Sequence record: MN018232.1
Direction: 5' to 3' (one strand)
DNA: 64,000 bases
The notes beneath the pieces are model-generated. The model searched no databases, was not told the origin of the DNA, and worked only from the letters and a program-made list of their open reading frames with translations. Position numbers and translations under genes: made by a program. This document shows, one piece after another, positions 1 to 8,292 of this stretch (position 1 is the first letter of the stretch; each line of letters starts with the position of its first letter).

Positions 1-88
1 TTCTTTCTGAAAACTTATCAGTCCACTGTTCTCTACCTTTGTAATATACCTCTTTGTCACAGATCACTTTCTTTATAAAAGATGCCAT
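1..88 (-). CDS. Small hypothetical protein (partial, runs off window start)
   Basis: Manual translation MASFIKKVICDKEVYYKGREQWTDKFSERK...; ATAAATA late-promoter-like box just upstream (~112-118). Confidence 0.6.
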   Translation of the reverse strand, partial: MASFIKKVICDKEVYYKGREQWTDKFSER

Positions 89-126
89 CATCCTATAAGT
101 GGTTTATGTGTATTTATCAGTTACCT

Positions 127-1410
127 TTAGAGTCTTTCAAATCCTAATGGATAATTCATTTCTCCAAGAACAATAGTTGCATAAATTGTTGATGCAGTGT
201 TTCCTTGAGAAATTGCAAAAGTATGTAAAGAACCAGACACACTCCCAGTCATAGAGAAGTTGTGGTTAGGACTATATTGACCCGTATCTGCAGTTAGATT
301 AAGAGTTGGATTACTACCATATTGACATGCAACGTGATATATCTTTGATACTGAATAAGAACTTTCAGAACAAGTTAGATAAACGGTAAAACAACGAGCA
401 CCGTTTGAGTTGTCCATCCTAAAAATATTTGTTGAAGTGTTTGCAGGACATGTTTTAATTACGGTATAAAATCCACCACCATTTTGTCCAAAAGTAATAT
501 CACCATTAGATTTAATTCGTAGTCTCTCAGATCGAGTAGTACCAGTTTTTACAATAAACGCACCTTGGTTTCCAGACCCTTCTCTCGCTGCACCAAAATG
601 CACATGTCCTTCAGTGTCGTTGGCTGCAGGTGAGTAACCAGCAACACAAGAAATTAGTGCATGAGAGCTGCTTGCAGATGTGTTTCCTGAGAATTTAGCA
701 ACATAAACAGTACTGGCAGTACCAGTAACAGCTGGAGATGTTACATATAACTTTGCCAGGGTACCAATACCACTTGTATTTGCGGTAGTACGACCAACCA
801 ATAACCTACCTTCGTCATCGATGCGAAGTCTTTCTGTTAAATTGTTATCAGATGATCTATCTGTATATGGTTGATGATTTATGGCCATAAAATGACCATC
901 AGTCAAAACAAATCCGCCACCTGAACCACCGACACTCATTCCAATATGTGCTGATCCCGAAAAAGTAGAATTAATTCTAGCAATACCATCAGATGCAACT
1001 TCTAGTATTGATCCTGGAGCGTCAGTTCCGATACCGACTGATCCAATACCAGTTATACGCATTCTTTCTGTTGGTGTAGCTGCAGTTTCAACACCAAAAA
1101 TTAAATCAGATGACCCATCAGGAACTTCCATACGTGCTCTTGTTGCGGCATCTGCCCTTAAAATAACAGCAGCACCATTATCAGATGAATTAATATAGAG
1201 AATTTTTCTTCCACTGGTTTCGGCTCCAATATTTACTGTCCCACCAGTAACTTCAATACCACTACGTGCTGTAATGACACCAACAGAATCTACATTGGTA
1301 ACATCTTCATAAGTGACTGTACCTGCAATAGATACAGTATCATTAACCCCACCAATAGTAATCTTATTACCACTTCTAGGGTTAATATTATTAGTGAGAA
1401 TATTTGACAT
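127..1410 (-). CDS. Tail fibre-like virion structural protein
   Basis: Repeated ERMRI/ERLRI..G..GIGT beta-repeat motifs and GVITA motif typical of cyanomyovirus fibre proteins; TATAAATA late promoter at 1432-1439. Confidence 0.7.
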   Translation of the reverse strand: MSNILTNNINPRSGNKITIGGVNDTVSIAGTVTYEDVTNVDSVGVITARSGIEVTGGTVNIGAETSGRKILYINSSDNGAAVILRADAATRARMEVPDGSSDLIFGVETAATPTERMRITGIGSVGIGTDAPGSILEVASDGIARINSTFSGSAHIGMSVGGSGGGFVLTDGHFMAINHQPYTDRSSDNNLTERLRIDDEGRLLVGRTTANTSGIGTLAKLYVTSPAVTGTASTVYVAKFSGNTSASSSHALISCVAGYSPAANDTEGHVHFGAAREGSGNQGAFIVKTGTTRSERLRIKSNGDITFGQNGGGFYTVIKTCPANTSTNIFRMDNSNGARCFTVYLTCSESSYSVSKIYHVACQYGSNPTLNLTADTGQYSPNHNFSMTGSVSGSLHTFAISQGNTASTIYATIVLGEMNYPLGFERL

Positions 1411-1431
1411 CGATCAAAGATACTTTTCTTC

Positions 1432-1439
1432 TATTTATA
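1432..1439 (-). promoter_or_regulatory. T4-type late promoter TATAAATA
   Basis: Exact TATAAATA on minus strand, 22 nt before the start at 1410. Confidence 0.85.
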
Positions 1440-1743
1440 GTGCGTGTCTTATTCTGTGGCAGTTAGAACAGAGTAATACAGTCTTTTGAACTTCCTCTCT
1501 AATGACATCAATGTTTCTATCAAGTGCAGGTGCAATCTCGAATGACTTTGTAGATTCATCAATGTGATGGAAGTCATAACAACAGAGAGGAAACTCTCCA
1601 CCACAGTCACTACACCTACCACCGAGTTCTTCTACAAACATCTTCTTACGTTCATTCCGTCTCTTCCTCATCCAGTTACGATGATTCTCAGCACTTCTTC
1701 CACCTGCATACTTACCAGAGGTATTAGATCTCGGTCTTGGCAT
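1435..1743 (-). CDS. Free-standing HNH endonuclease
   Basis: CxxC (CSDC), DFHH, and LCxNCHxxxH motifs of zinc-binding HNH nucleases. Confidence 0.85.
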   Translation of the reverse strand: MPRPRSNTSGKYAGGRSAENHRNWMRKRRNERKKMFVEELGGRCSDCGGEFPLCCYDFHHIDESTKSFEIAPALDRNIDVIREEVQKTVLLCSNCHRIRHAL

Positions 1744-1777
1744 TATGTTAAAAACTTATTATTACAATATTATGTAT

Positions 1778-1802
1778 AAAAAAGGACCCTTGAAGGGTCC
1801 TT
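1778..1802 (-). terminator. Intrinsic terminator after g23
   Basis: AAGGACCCT-TCA-AGGGTCCTT stem followed by a T run on the minus strand. Confidence 0.85.
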
Positions 1803-1828
1803 AAGGTGATCGTTACGATCGGGTAGAA

Positions 1829-3259
1829 TCACATCAGATTCTTCACTGCAACACGTCTGTAGTAACGGTTGGAGTTAACTCTGAGTCTGCCAAGACCTTG
1901 GTCAATACCTTCAGCGAATGGGTTAGCAACGAGACCGTAACGGGTCTTGAAGCCGATTTTTGGCTGGAAGGTGTTCTCACCGACGGCACGAACCATCTGG
2001 AGAGGAACATAAGGACAATAGAACAGACCAGCGTCATAAGGTGAAGAACCCTTATAACCGACGACATAGTACTGGTTACCACCGTTGGTTGCAGCGTTAG
2101 CAGCAGACAGGTTAGCAGAATATGGGTCGATGTAGACGCGGAACTTACCGTTGATGGTACCAGCGAAGGTGTTGCCGGTGTCGTCAACGTTCAGGTTAGC
2201 GTTGAGTGCTGGGGTGTAGTCGAGGATACCAGCCATGGTCAGTGCGGAAGCAACGTCTGCGGAACACAGAATCATGTTGCCCTTGCCACGACGAGTTCTT
2301 TGAGCAATCGCGTTAGCGTCTCTCTCGATCTGGAACAGAAGACCCTTGAACTTCTCAACAGACCAACGACCGTTGGAGTCAACGTCGAGGTCAAATACAC
2401 CAGCAGTTGCAGTGTTAGAAACGGCACCTTGCTCAGCAGTCTTATAGATGGTTCTGATGACTTCGCGGTTGATTTCAGCAAGAATCTCGGTTGAGAGAAT
2501 GTTTGCCAACTCAGCCTCAGCATTCAGACCATGGATTGCCTTGAGGTCTTGTGCCAGTTCCAAGGAGTACTCAGCCTTGAGTGCTCTTGACTTAGCGGTT
2601 ACAGTGACTTTCTCGATCGAGAATGCCATCTGGTTGAAGTGATCGCCAGTACCTGAACCCAGGTTCTCAGCGTCACCAGTTACCATACCCTGACCTACGT
2701 TGTAGGCAGTGGATGATGCAGAACCAACAGGGTTCAGAACTGATGGGTTAGTGCCAGACTGTGAGGTTGTACCCAGACCAGCATTAGCATCAGACATGCC
2801 TGCGGTCAGGTTGAAGCCGTCATCCTGACCAGAGAATGCGGTATCGACTTCGTTGTAGAAGGTCTCGGAGCCAGACTGGTTCTCGTAGCGAGATCTCATT
2901 GCGAAGATCAGGCCAGTAGGACCGTTCATTGGCTGAACGCCTGCGAGGTCATATGCGACCAGGTTAGGCATTGCGCGTCTGATCAGGGAGATCAGAACAG
3001 GGTCGAAACCAGCGGTAGGACCAGCGGCAGGTGAGTCAGCACCAAAACCACCAGATGCACCAGCAGCGTTAGCAGCGTTGGTTGGGGTTTCCATCAGGTT
3101 GATACCTGACTGGAATGCTTGCTCCTCACGGAGGAATTTTTCTTGGTTTTCGAGCAGGACTGCGGTTACAGCTCTTCTGTGAGTGTCCTTGATGGGATCA
3201 AGACCTTCATAGTCGAGAAGTGGACTCCACTTTTCCTGCAGATGTTCGGATTGAAACAT
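1829..3259 (-). CDS. g23: Major capsid protein gp23
   Basis: KWSPLL, GVQPMNGPTGLIFAMRSRY, KSRALKAEYSLELAQDLKAIHGL, CPYVPLQMVRA, FQPKIGFKTRYG. Confidence 0.99.
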   Translation of the reverse strand: MFQSEHLQEKWSPLLDYEGLDPIKDTHRRAVTAVLLENQEKFLREEQAFQSGINLMETPTNAANAAGASGGFGADSPAAGPTAGFDPVLISLIRRAMPNLVAYDLAGVQPMNGPTGLIFAMRSRYENQSGSETFYNEVDTAFSGQDDGFNLTAGMSDANAGLGTTSQSGTNPSVLNPVGSASSTAYNVGQGMVTGDAENLGSGTGDHFNQMAFSIEKVTVTAKSRALKAEYSLELAQDLKAIHGLNAEAELANILSTEILAEINREVIRTIYKTAEQGAVSNTATAGVFDLDVDSNGRWSVEKFKGLLFQIERDANAIAQRTRRGKGNMILCSADVASALTMAGILDYTPALNANLNVDDTGNTFAGTINGKFRVYIDPYSANLSAANAATNGGNQYYVVGYKGSSPYDAGLFYCPYVPLQMVRAVGENTFQPKIGFKTRYGLVANPFAEGIDQGLGRLRVNSNRYYRRVAVKNLM

Positions 3260-3300
3260 TTGCTTTTACCTAATAGTTGTTGTTTGAATGAATGTTAAAT

Positions 3301-4362
3301 TCACTTTTTGAATGCACCAAGTGCTCTCATGTACTGTTCCATACCTGTAGAGGTAGGAGCAGGGGTTGAATCTACACTTTCAGAGATTGTCTGAGGTGCT
3401 TCAGATTTCGCGGAAGGTGCCTTGGAGAAGTATGACTCCTTCAGGGTCTCCAGCTTTTCACGATATTCTTCTTCACTTTCAAACTCTACACTTTCAGCAA
3501 GTGAAGCGAGCTTCTCTTTCTGGGTCTCAGCAAGACCTTCAGAGACAACTGAAAGAACGATGTCTGCGGTGGACTCAGCGAGTCTCTTATTCAGACCAAT
3601 GTTCTTCTCAATCTGCTCATTGAGTTTAGTCTCCATATCATCAAGTTTTTCTACCATGCTCTCAAGTACATCATATTTTTCTTCAGGGATAGTTACATAA
3701 TGCTCTTCAAAAAGACCCTTCATGCCAGACAGGAAGGATTCAGTCATTTCGGTCTTGAGACCATGTTCGATAGCCAACTCATTCTCGGTCATCCACTCTT
3801 CGCAGACATATTCGAGATATGCGTCAACTCTCTCGGTGAGTTCACCCTTAAGGGCTTGTCTCTCCTCATCCAGACGCTCGGCATACTGGACTTCCAGGGA
3901 TTCCTGGATTTCTTTGATTTTTGAGGTTAATGCAGCTTCAAAGATGACACGTGCCTTTTCTTTGAATTCTTCGGAGAGCTCTTCACCACCGAGGAGTGCA
4001 TTTACGTCCTCTTCGATGTCAACAGTCTCTTCGGTAACTTCTTCGGATTCGGATACAATCTCTTCCTCTTCGAGGACTTCCTCTTCGGTTTCGATTTCTT
4101 CCTTAGCCATTTTCTTCATTGGATCAGCAGCTTTTGCACCCTTATTAACTACATCCTTGACAGTAGCGATCTTAGGCTCTCTGAGCTTTGCAGAATCGTT
4201 GTCAGGCTTGTAGTTCTCAGGGGTAGGACCACCGAGATCTTCGTAGGAAGTTGACAGGCCTTCGCCTGGGCTGGAAAGCTTAGGCATACCTTCAGCAGGT
4301 TTAGCGTTCGCGTTCACAGCAGTTTTAGATTGCTCCATTTCTTGTAAATCTCCACGAGACAT
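3301..4362 (-). CDS. g22: Prohead core scaffold protein gp22
   Basis: Acidic coiled coil with ELSEEFKEKARVIFEAAL; lies between g21 and g23. Confidence 0.95.
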   Translation of the reverse strand: MSRGDLQEMEQSKTAVNANAKPAEGMPKLSSPGEGLSTSYEDLGGPTPENYKPDNDSAKLREPKIATVKDVVNKGAKAADPMKKMAKEEIETEEEVLEEEEIVSESEEVTEETVDIEEDVNALLGGEELSEEFKEKARVIFEAALTSKIKEIQESLEVQYAERLDEERQALKGELTERVDAYLEYVCEEWMTENELAIEHGLKTEMTESFLSGMKGLFEEHYVTIPEEKYDVLESMVEKLDDMETKLNEQIEKNIGLNKRLAESTADIVLSVVSEGLAETQKEKLASLAESVEFESEEEYREKLETLKESYFSKAPSAKSEAPQTISESVDSTPAPTSTGMEQYMRALGAFKK

Positions 4363-4399
4363 TTGAAGTTACTCCGATTAACCTTTTTTAATCTATATT

Positions 4400-4407
4400 T
4401 ATTTATA
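4400..4407 (-). promoter_or_regulatory. T4-type late promoter TATAAATA upstream of g22
   Basis: Exact TATAAATA on minus strand. Confidence 0.85.
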
Positions 4408-4429
4408 AATTGTATATTTCAATAACTTA

Positions 4430-5080
4430 TCAAAGATTGTTTAAAAAGTCATTGAACAAATCAAGTTTCTTCTCATCAAGTTGACCTTGAGTTACAAGAG
4501 TGTTGATCTGCTTGTAGGTTTTCTTGGCGGCCTGTTCTCTAAGGATACCACCATCCCAAACCCACTCTTTTCCTTCCATAATACCTTCAACGAAAGCATC
4601 TGGTGCAGAAGGATCAGCAACGATATCAGCAGCAGTTGCTAACATGAAGTCGTCACCAACAATGTTTACACCTTCTCTGGTTTGCTTGAGTGACCCAATA
4701 CCTCTACTAGAAACACCCAATTTAACTCCTTCTCCGATGAGTGACTTCGCAATGTTACCCATTGGTGTTGATAAGATTTTTGCCTTACCAATGAAGTTAT
4801 TTCCGTCTTCTTTGAGTGAAATAATTTTGTGACTGACGCGATCAAGATTAACAGTCGGGCCGTCTGGGTGTCCGAGTTCTCCAAGAGCCCTCCCAGAATT
4901 AATATGGTTTTCTGTGTATCTTTGGACTTCCTTTCTCAGGCCTTCCATTTGATACATTCTGCCATTACGATTACAGATGTTACCCTGAAGGAAGATACCC
5001 TCAATGTACATATGTTTCTTACCGCCCTTCTCTTCGACGATAAAATCAACTGACTCGATTTCTTCTCTGATTAGTTTCAT
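4430..5080 (-). CDS. g21: Prohead protease gp21
   Basis: IEGIFLQ, NRNGRMY, ALGELGHP, LGVSSRGIGS, DIVADPSAPDAFV. Confidence 0.98.
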   Translation of the reverse strand: MKLIREEIESVDFIVEEKGGKKHMYIEGIFLQGNICNRNGRMYQMEGLRKEVQRYTENHINSGRALGELGHPDGPTVNLDRVSHKIISLKEDGNNFIGKAKILSTPMGNIAKSLIGEGVKLGVSSRGIGSLKQTREGVNIVGDDFMLATAADIVADPSAPDAFVEGIMEGKEWVWDGGILREQAAKKTYKQINTLVTQGQLDEKKLDLFNDFLNNL

Positions 5081-5085
5081 TGTTC

Positions 5086-5634
5086 TCAGGATCTTTGTAC
5101 TTGTTGAATAAAGGCTTTACCTGTTCCAGATTCTGTCTTGACTGCAACTTTGAAAGACTTTCTCAATGTTGCGTCAGGTGATGTGAATACATCGGTAACA
5201 GAACTAGAGTTATAGTTAACAGTAATTCTTGTGCTGAAATAACCACCAACACCAGAAGTATTGTTGACAGAGGTAACTTCTTGATGCTCAAAGTCAAAGT
5301 TAGACTGACCTGAGACTGTAAGTGTAACCGTGTCACCTACATCAAATGGGCTTCCAGTTCCCTGTGGGAAATCAATAGTAGTTGTAGTACCAGTTGTGAT
5401 ACCAACAACTTTCTGTGCGGATACAGGACCAAGAGAAATTTCTGCCGTATCAAAAGTAGGTACGTAGAAATGCTCGTTGGTTGCAGTAGGGTTTCCACCA
5501 TACGTGACATAAACACCAGCAGTTTCTGCTACAATCCTTAATGAATCGCATTGCTGTTGCATTGCGCTAGATTGAGTAGAACCAGTGCCAGTGGTTAATG
5601 TAGTATTGATCCCTACGGGTCTAGAAGCTGACAT
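5086..5634 (-). CDS. Hypothetical protein, probably virion-associated
   Basis: Thr/Gly/Ser-rich beta-type sequence within the head gene operon; no recognised family. Confidence 0.55.
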   Translation of the reverse strand: MSASRPVGINTTLTTGTGSTQSSAMQQQCDSLRIVAETAGVYVTYGGNPTATNEHFYVPTFDTAEISLGPVSAQKVVGITTGTTTTIDFPQGTGSPFDVGDTVTLTVSGQSNFDFEHQEVTSVNNTSGVGGYFSTRITVNYNSSSVTDVFTSPDATLRKSFKVAVKTESGTGKAFIQQVQRS

Positions 5635-5665
5635 TATGTTTCAATAGTTCTATAATACTTATTTA

Positions 5666-5884
5666 TTATTCTTCGGTCTCTTCTTCAGCTTCACCATAAG
5701 AAGCTTCAGTTTCGATCTCTTCTTCTGCCTCAACTTCAGGTGCATCAAAGATGGATGCTGCTACGTTGGGACGGTTTGCTTCAATCTTTTCTGCACTTTT
5801 AGCAAAAAGGATATCCTTGATTTTATCACTAATTTGTGATGAAGACTCGTCGGGACTGACGAGCATATCCATAAGTTCGTCCAT
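5666..5884 (-). CDS. Small acidic prohead core protein (gp67-like position)
   Basis: Directly downstream of g20, acidic C-terminal tail. Confidence 0.6.
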   Translation of the reverse strand: MDELMDMLVSPDESSSQISDKIKDILFAKSAEKIEANRPNVAASIFDAPEVEAEEEIETEASYGEAEEETEE

Positions 5885-5910
5885 AAAAATAATGTATCTA
5901 CAATTTGTAT

Positions 5911-7593
5911 TTAGATTTCACCACCAGGAGGATTCTTAGTTGTCCCAGGAGCCTCTGGATCTTTAGGTGAAGTTGGTGCCTGCATTGGGTCAATTGGTGC
6001 ACCACCTGCAGGAGGCATACCAGGTGCTGGTGGCATACCTGTCATTGGATCAACCATAGCATTAGGATCAGGAATTACACCATTTTCAATTTCCTTCTCA
6101 ATCAATTCATCCTGTTCAATAATCTCTTCATCAGTCTGACGGAGAATATTTCTTCTTACATAATCCTGTGAGTAATACTTACCAACATAAGGTTCTGCAA
6201 GAGCAGCAAGGTTCAATCTCTCAGTGGTAAGTTCTGCATTCTTGAGTTCTGCAAAATGGTTGTCATACATGAAGTCATATTGAATATGATCTGCCATATA
6301 CTCCCAATCTTCGGGAGTGACAATATTCTTTAGAATCAATTGTGTTCTCAACATGTCACTGAACATTGCTGAGAATCTCTTTCTCATTCTACCAACAAAC
6401 TTGGAGAACTTGATTTCATCTCTCAAAATTTCGGAAGAACGACCCATTGAGAAACCAGTATCACCTTCGATTCTGGTCTCAGGAACATTCAGAGCTCTGT
6501 AGAGTTTTCTCTGGAAGTAATTGATATCAGTAATTTCTCCAAGATTTTGACCACCAGGAAGTGTAGTAATTTCAGTACCACGACCACCTTCTCTACGAGG
6601 TAACCAGAAGTCTTCCATCATAGACATAAACTTCTTGTCATCACGCATCTCACCAGTGTTTGCGTCATAGACCATCTTGTTTCTATAACGCATCATGACA
6701 TCACGAAGGTATTGTTCTGCCTTTACCTTAGGAAGATTGCCAACGTCAATGTAGAAAATTCTACGTTCTGGTGCTCTTGAAAGTCTGTAGATAACCAATG
6801 AATCCTCAATCATCATTAACTGATTGAGTGGTTTGATTGCCTTATGCATCCAGGACAATGTGAGTCCTTTGTTTCTATCTACCAAACCAGAGGTGCAATA
6901 GGTGACAGAATCACGGGTCATCTTGATACCCTTTTGTGGATTCCCACCATAACCAGCACGGGATGTTCCCATGTCTGGTGTGTACATGAAGAACTCTTCT
7001 ACCTCTGGGAAGTTAAATGCAAGATTGTTTGATGCACCAAAGTCATCTCTTGCCTGTTGAAGACTATCTTTACCCTGTTTCTTCAACTTACGGACATATC
7101 TAATCTTAGATGCGTCAATATATCTGAGTTCTTGAATACCTTCTTGAGGATTCTTTTGGTCGATGACCTTGTTATAGTAGAGTCTTCCGTCAATATACCA
7201 GTTACGGAAAATCTCATGTGCCTTCTTATCAAAGTCAAGAAGTTCGAGAATATAACTAAACTCTTCTCTTACAATCTTTTTGATTTTATCACTTGCATTC
7301 AGATTGGACAGTTCAATCTTTACAGGTGAATCGTTTGTATCAGATACAATTGCTTCGTTTACAATATCTTCAATCGCACTATCACACTCTGGATAGAGTG
7401 CCATCTGTCTATATCTTCTGATGAGATCGGTCTCATTTTTGTAGAGACCCTCAATATCTAAGTTATAACTACCAAAAAACCCACTACTAGCGAAGTTCTC
7501 AGATCCATCTTGATTAGAGGGTGGAATCGGAGAGACTACGCCAGAAGGGGTCTTTTCGCTATCTTCAATTGAAAAACCAAATAATCTGGCCAT
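5911..7593 (-). CDS. g20: Portal vertex protein gp20
   Basis: YRLSRAPERRIFYIDVGNLPKVKAEQY, EDFWLPRREGGRGTEITTLPGG. Confidence 0.99.
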   Translation of the reverse strand: MARLFGFSIEDSEKTPSGVVSPIPPSNQDGSENFASSGFFGSYNLDIEGLYKNETDLIRRYRQMALYPECDSAIEDIVNEAIVSDTNDSPVKIELSNLNASDKIKKIVREEFSYILELLDFDKKAHEIFRNWYIDGRLYYNKVIDQKNPQEGIQELRYIDASKIRYVRKLKKQGKDSLQQARDDFGASNNLAFNFPEVEEFFMYTPDMGTSRAGYGGNPQKGIKMTRDSVTYCTSGLVDRNKGLTLSWMHKAIKPLNQLMMIEDSLVIYRLSRAPERRIFYIDVGNLPKVKAEQYLRDVMMRYRNKMVYDANTGEMRDDKKFMSMMEDFWLPRREGGRGTEITTLPGGQNLGEITDINYFQRKLYRALNVPETRIEGDTGFSMGRSSEILRDEIKFSKFVGRMRKRFSAMFSDMLRTQLILKNIVTPEDWEYMADHIQYDFMYDNHFAELKNAELTTERLNLAALAEPYVGKYYSQDYVRRNILRQTDEEIIEQDELIEKEIENGVIPDPNAMVDPMTGMPPAPGMPPAGGAPIDPMQAPTSPKDPEAPGTTKNPPGGEI

Positions 7594-7628
7594 TATGATT
7601 AAACTAGACTGTCTTGTCTAGTTATTTA

Positions 7629-8261
7629 TCACTCAATCAGAACTTCACCAGCGTTAGAACCAGTAGACTGCAGTGAGTTGCCGATAGTGAAATACTGAAT
7701 ATCGAATTCAACATCGAAAGTTTCGAGTTGATCACCGTCGTCATAGCTCAGTGCAATCTCACTAATTCTGGTTGGGAAGATGTCATAGAACTTATAAGTT
7801 CTCAGGACTGCTGAATTACCACCTTCATTAGTGGTGGCAAATCTCTCAGCACCTCTACCCAGTTGAGTGACATATGCATCAGTCATGTAAGATGATGGGT
7901 TGGTAACACCAGTTGCATCATCTAGTTTGCTGATGGTGTTTGCCCATCTTTCAAACGCAGTTCTGAGTTGGAAGTCCTCATCATTGATGATTGTAACTGT
8001 CCATGCATCAAACGTTCTGTCACCAGCAACCTTCAGATTTCTACCTCTGAAAGGAACTTGGAAAGAGCTGGTGTTTGAAGCAGGAAGTTGTGCAGCCTTA
8101 CAAAGGAACTTGAAGGTTCCATTTTCTGACTGATCACCACTACCCCATGCATCAGCAATTGCTGATGGGAAGGTAGGAATCGAGACTTCGAATAGGTTGG
8201 GGCGGGCCCCACCGCCCGCCAGTCTTGATTTAAATTGTGATAGGGTTTTTGTTTCTGCCAT
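7629..8261 (-). CDS. g19: Tail tube protein gp19
   Basis: GGGARPNLFEV, FLCKAAQLP, FRGRNLKVAGDRTFDAWTVTIINDEDF. Confidence 0.98.
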   Translation of the reverse strand: MAETKTLSQFKSRLAGGGARPNLFEVSIPTFPSAIADAWGSGDQSENGTFKFLCKAAQLPASNTSSFQVPFRGRNLKVAGDRTFDAWTVTIINDEDFQLRTAFERWANTISKLDDATGVTNPSSYMTDAYVTQLGRGAERFATTNEGGNSAVLRTYKFYDIFPTRISEIALSYDDGDQLETFDVEFDIQYFTIGNSLQSTGSNAGEVLIE

Positions 8262-8292
8262 TGGTAAATCCTCCTTTTATTATTTACTATAA

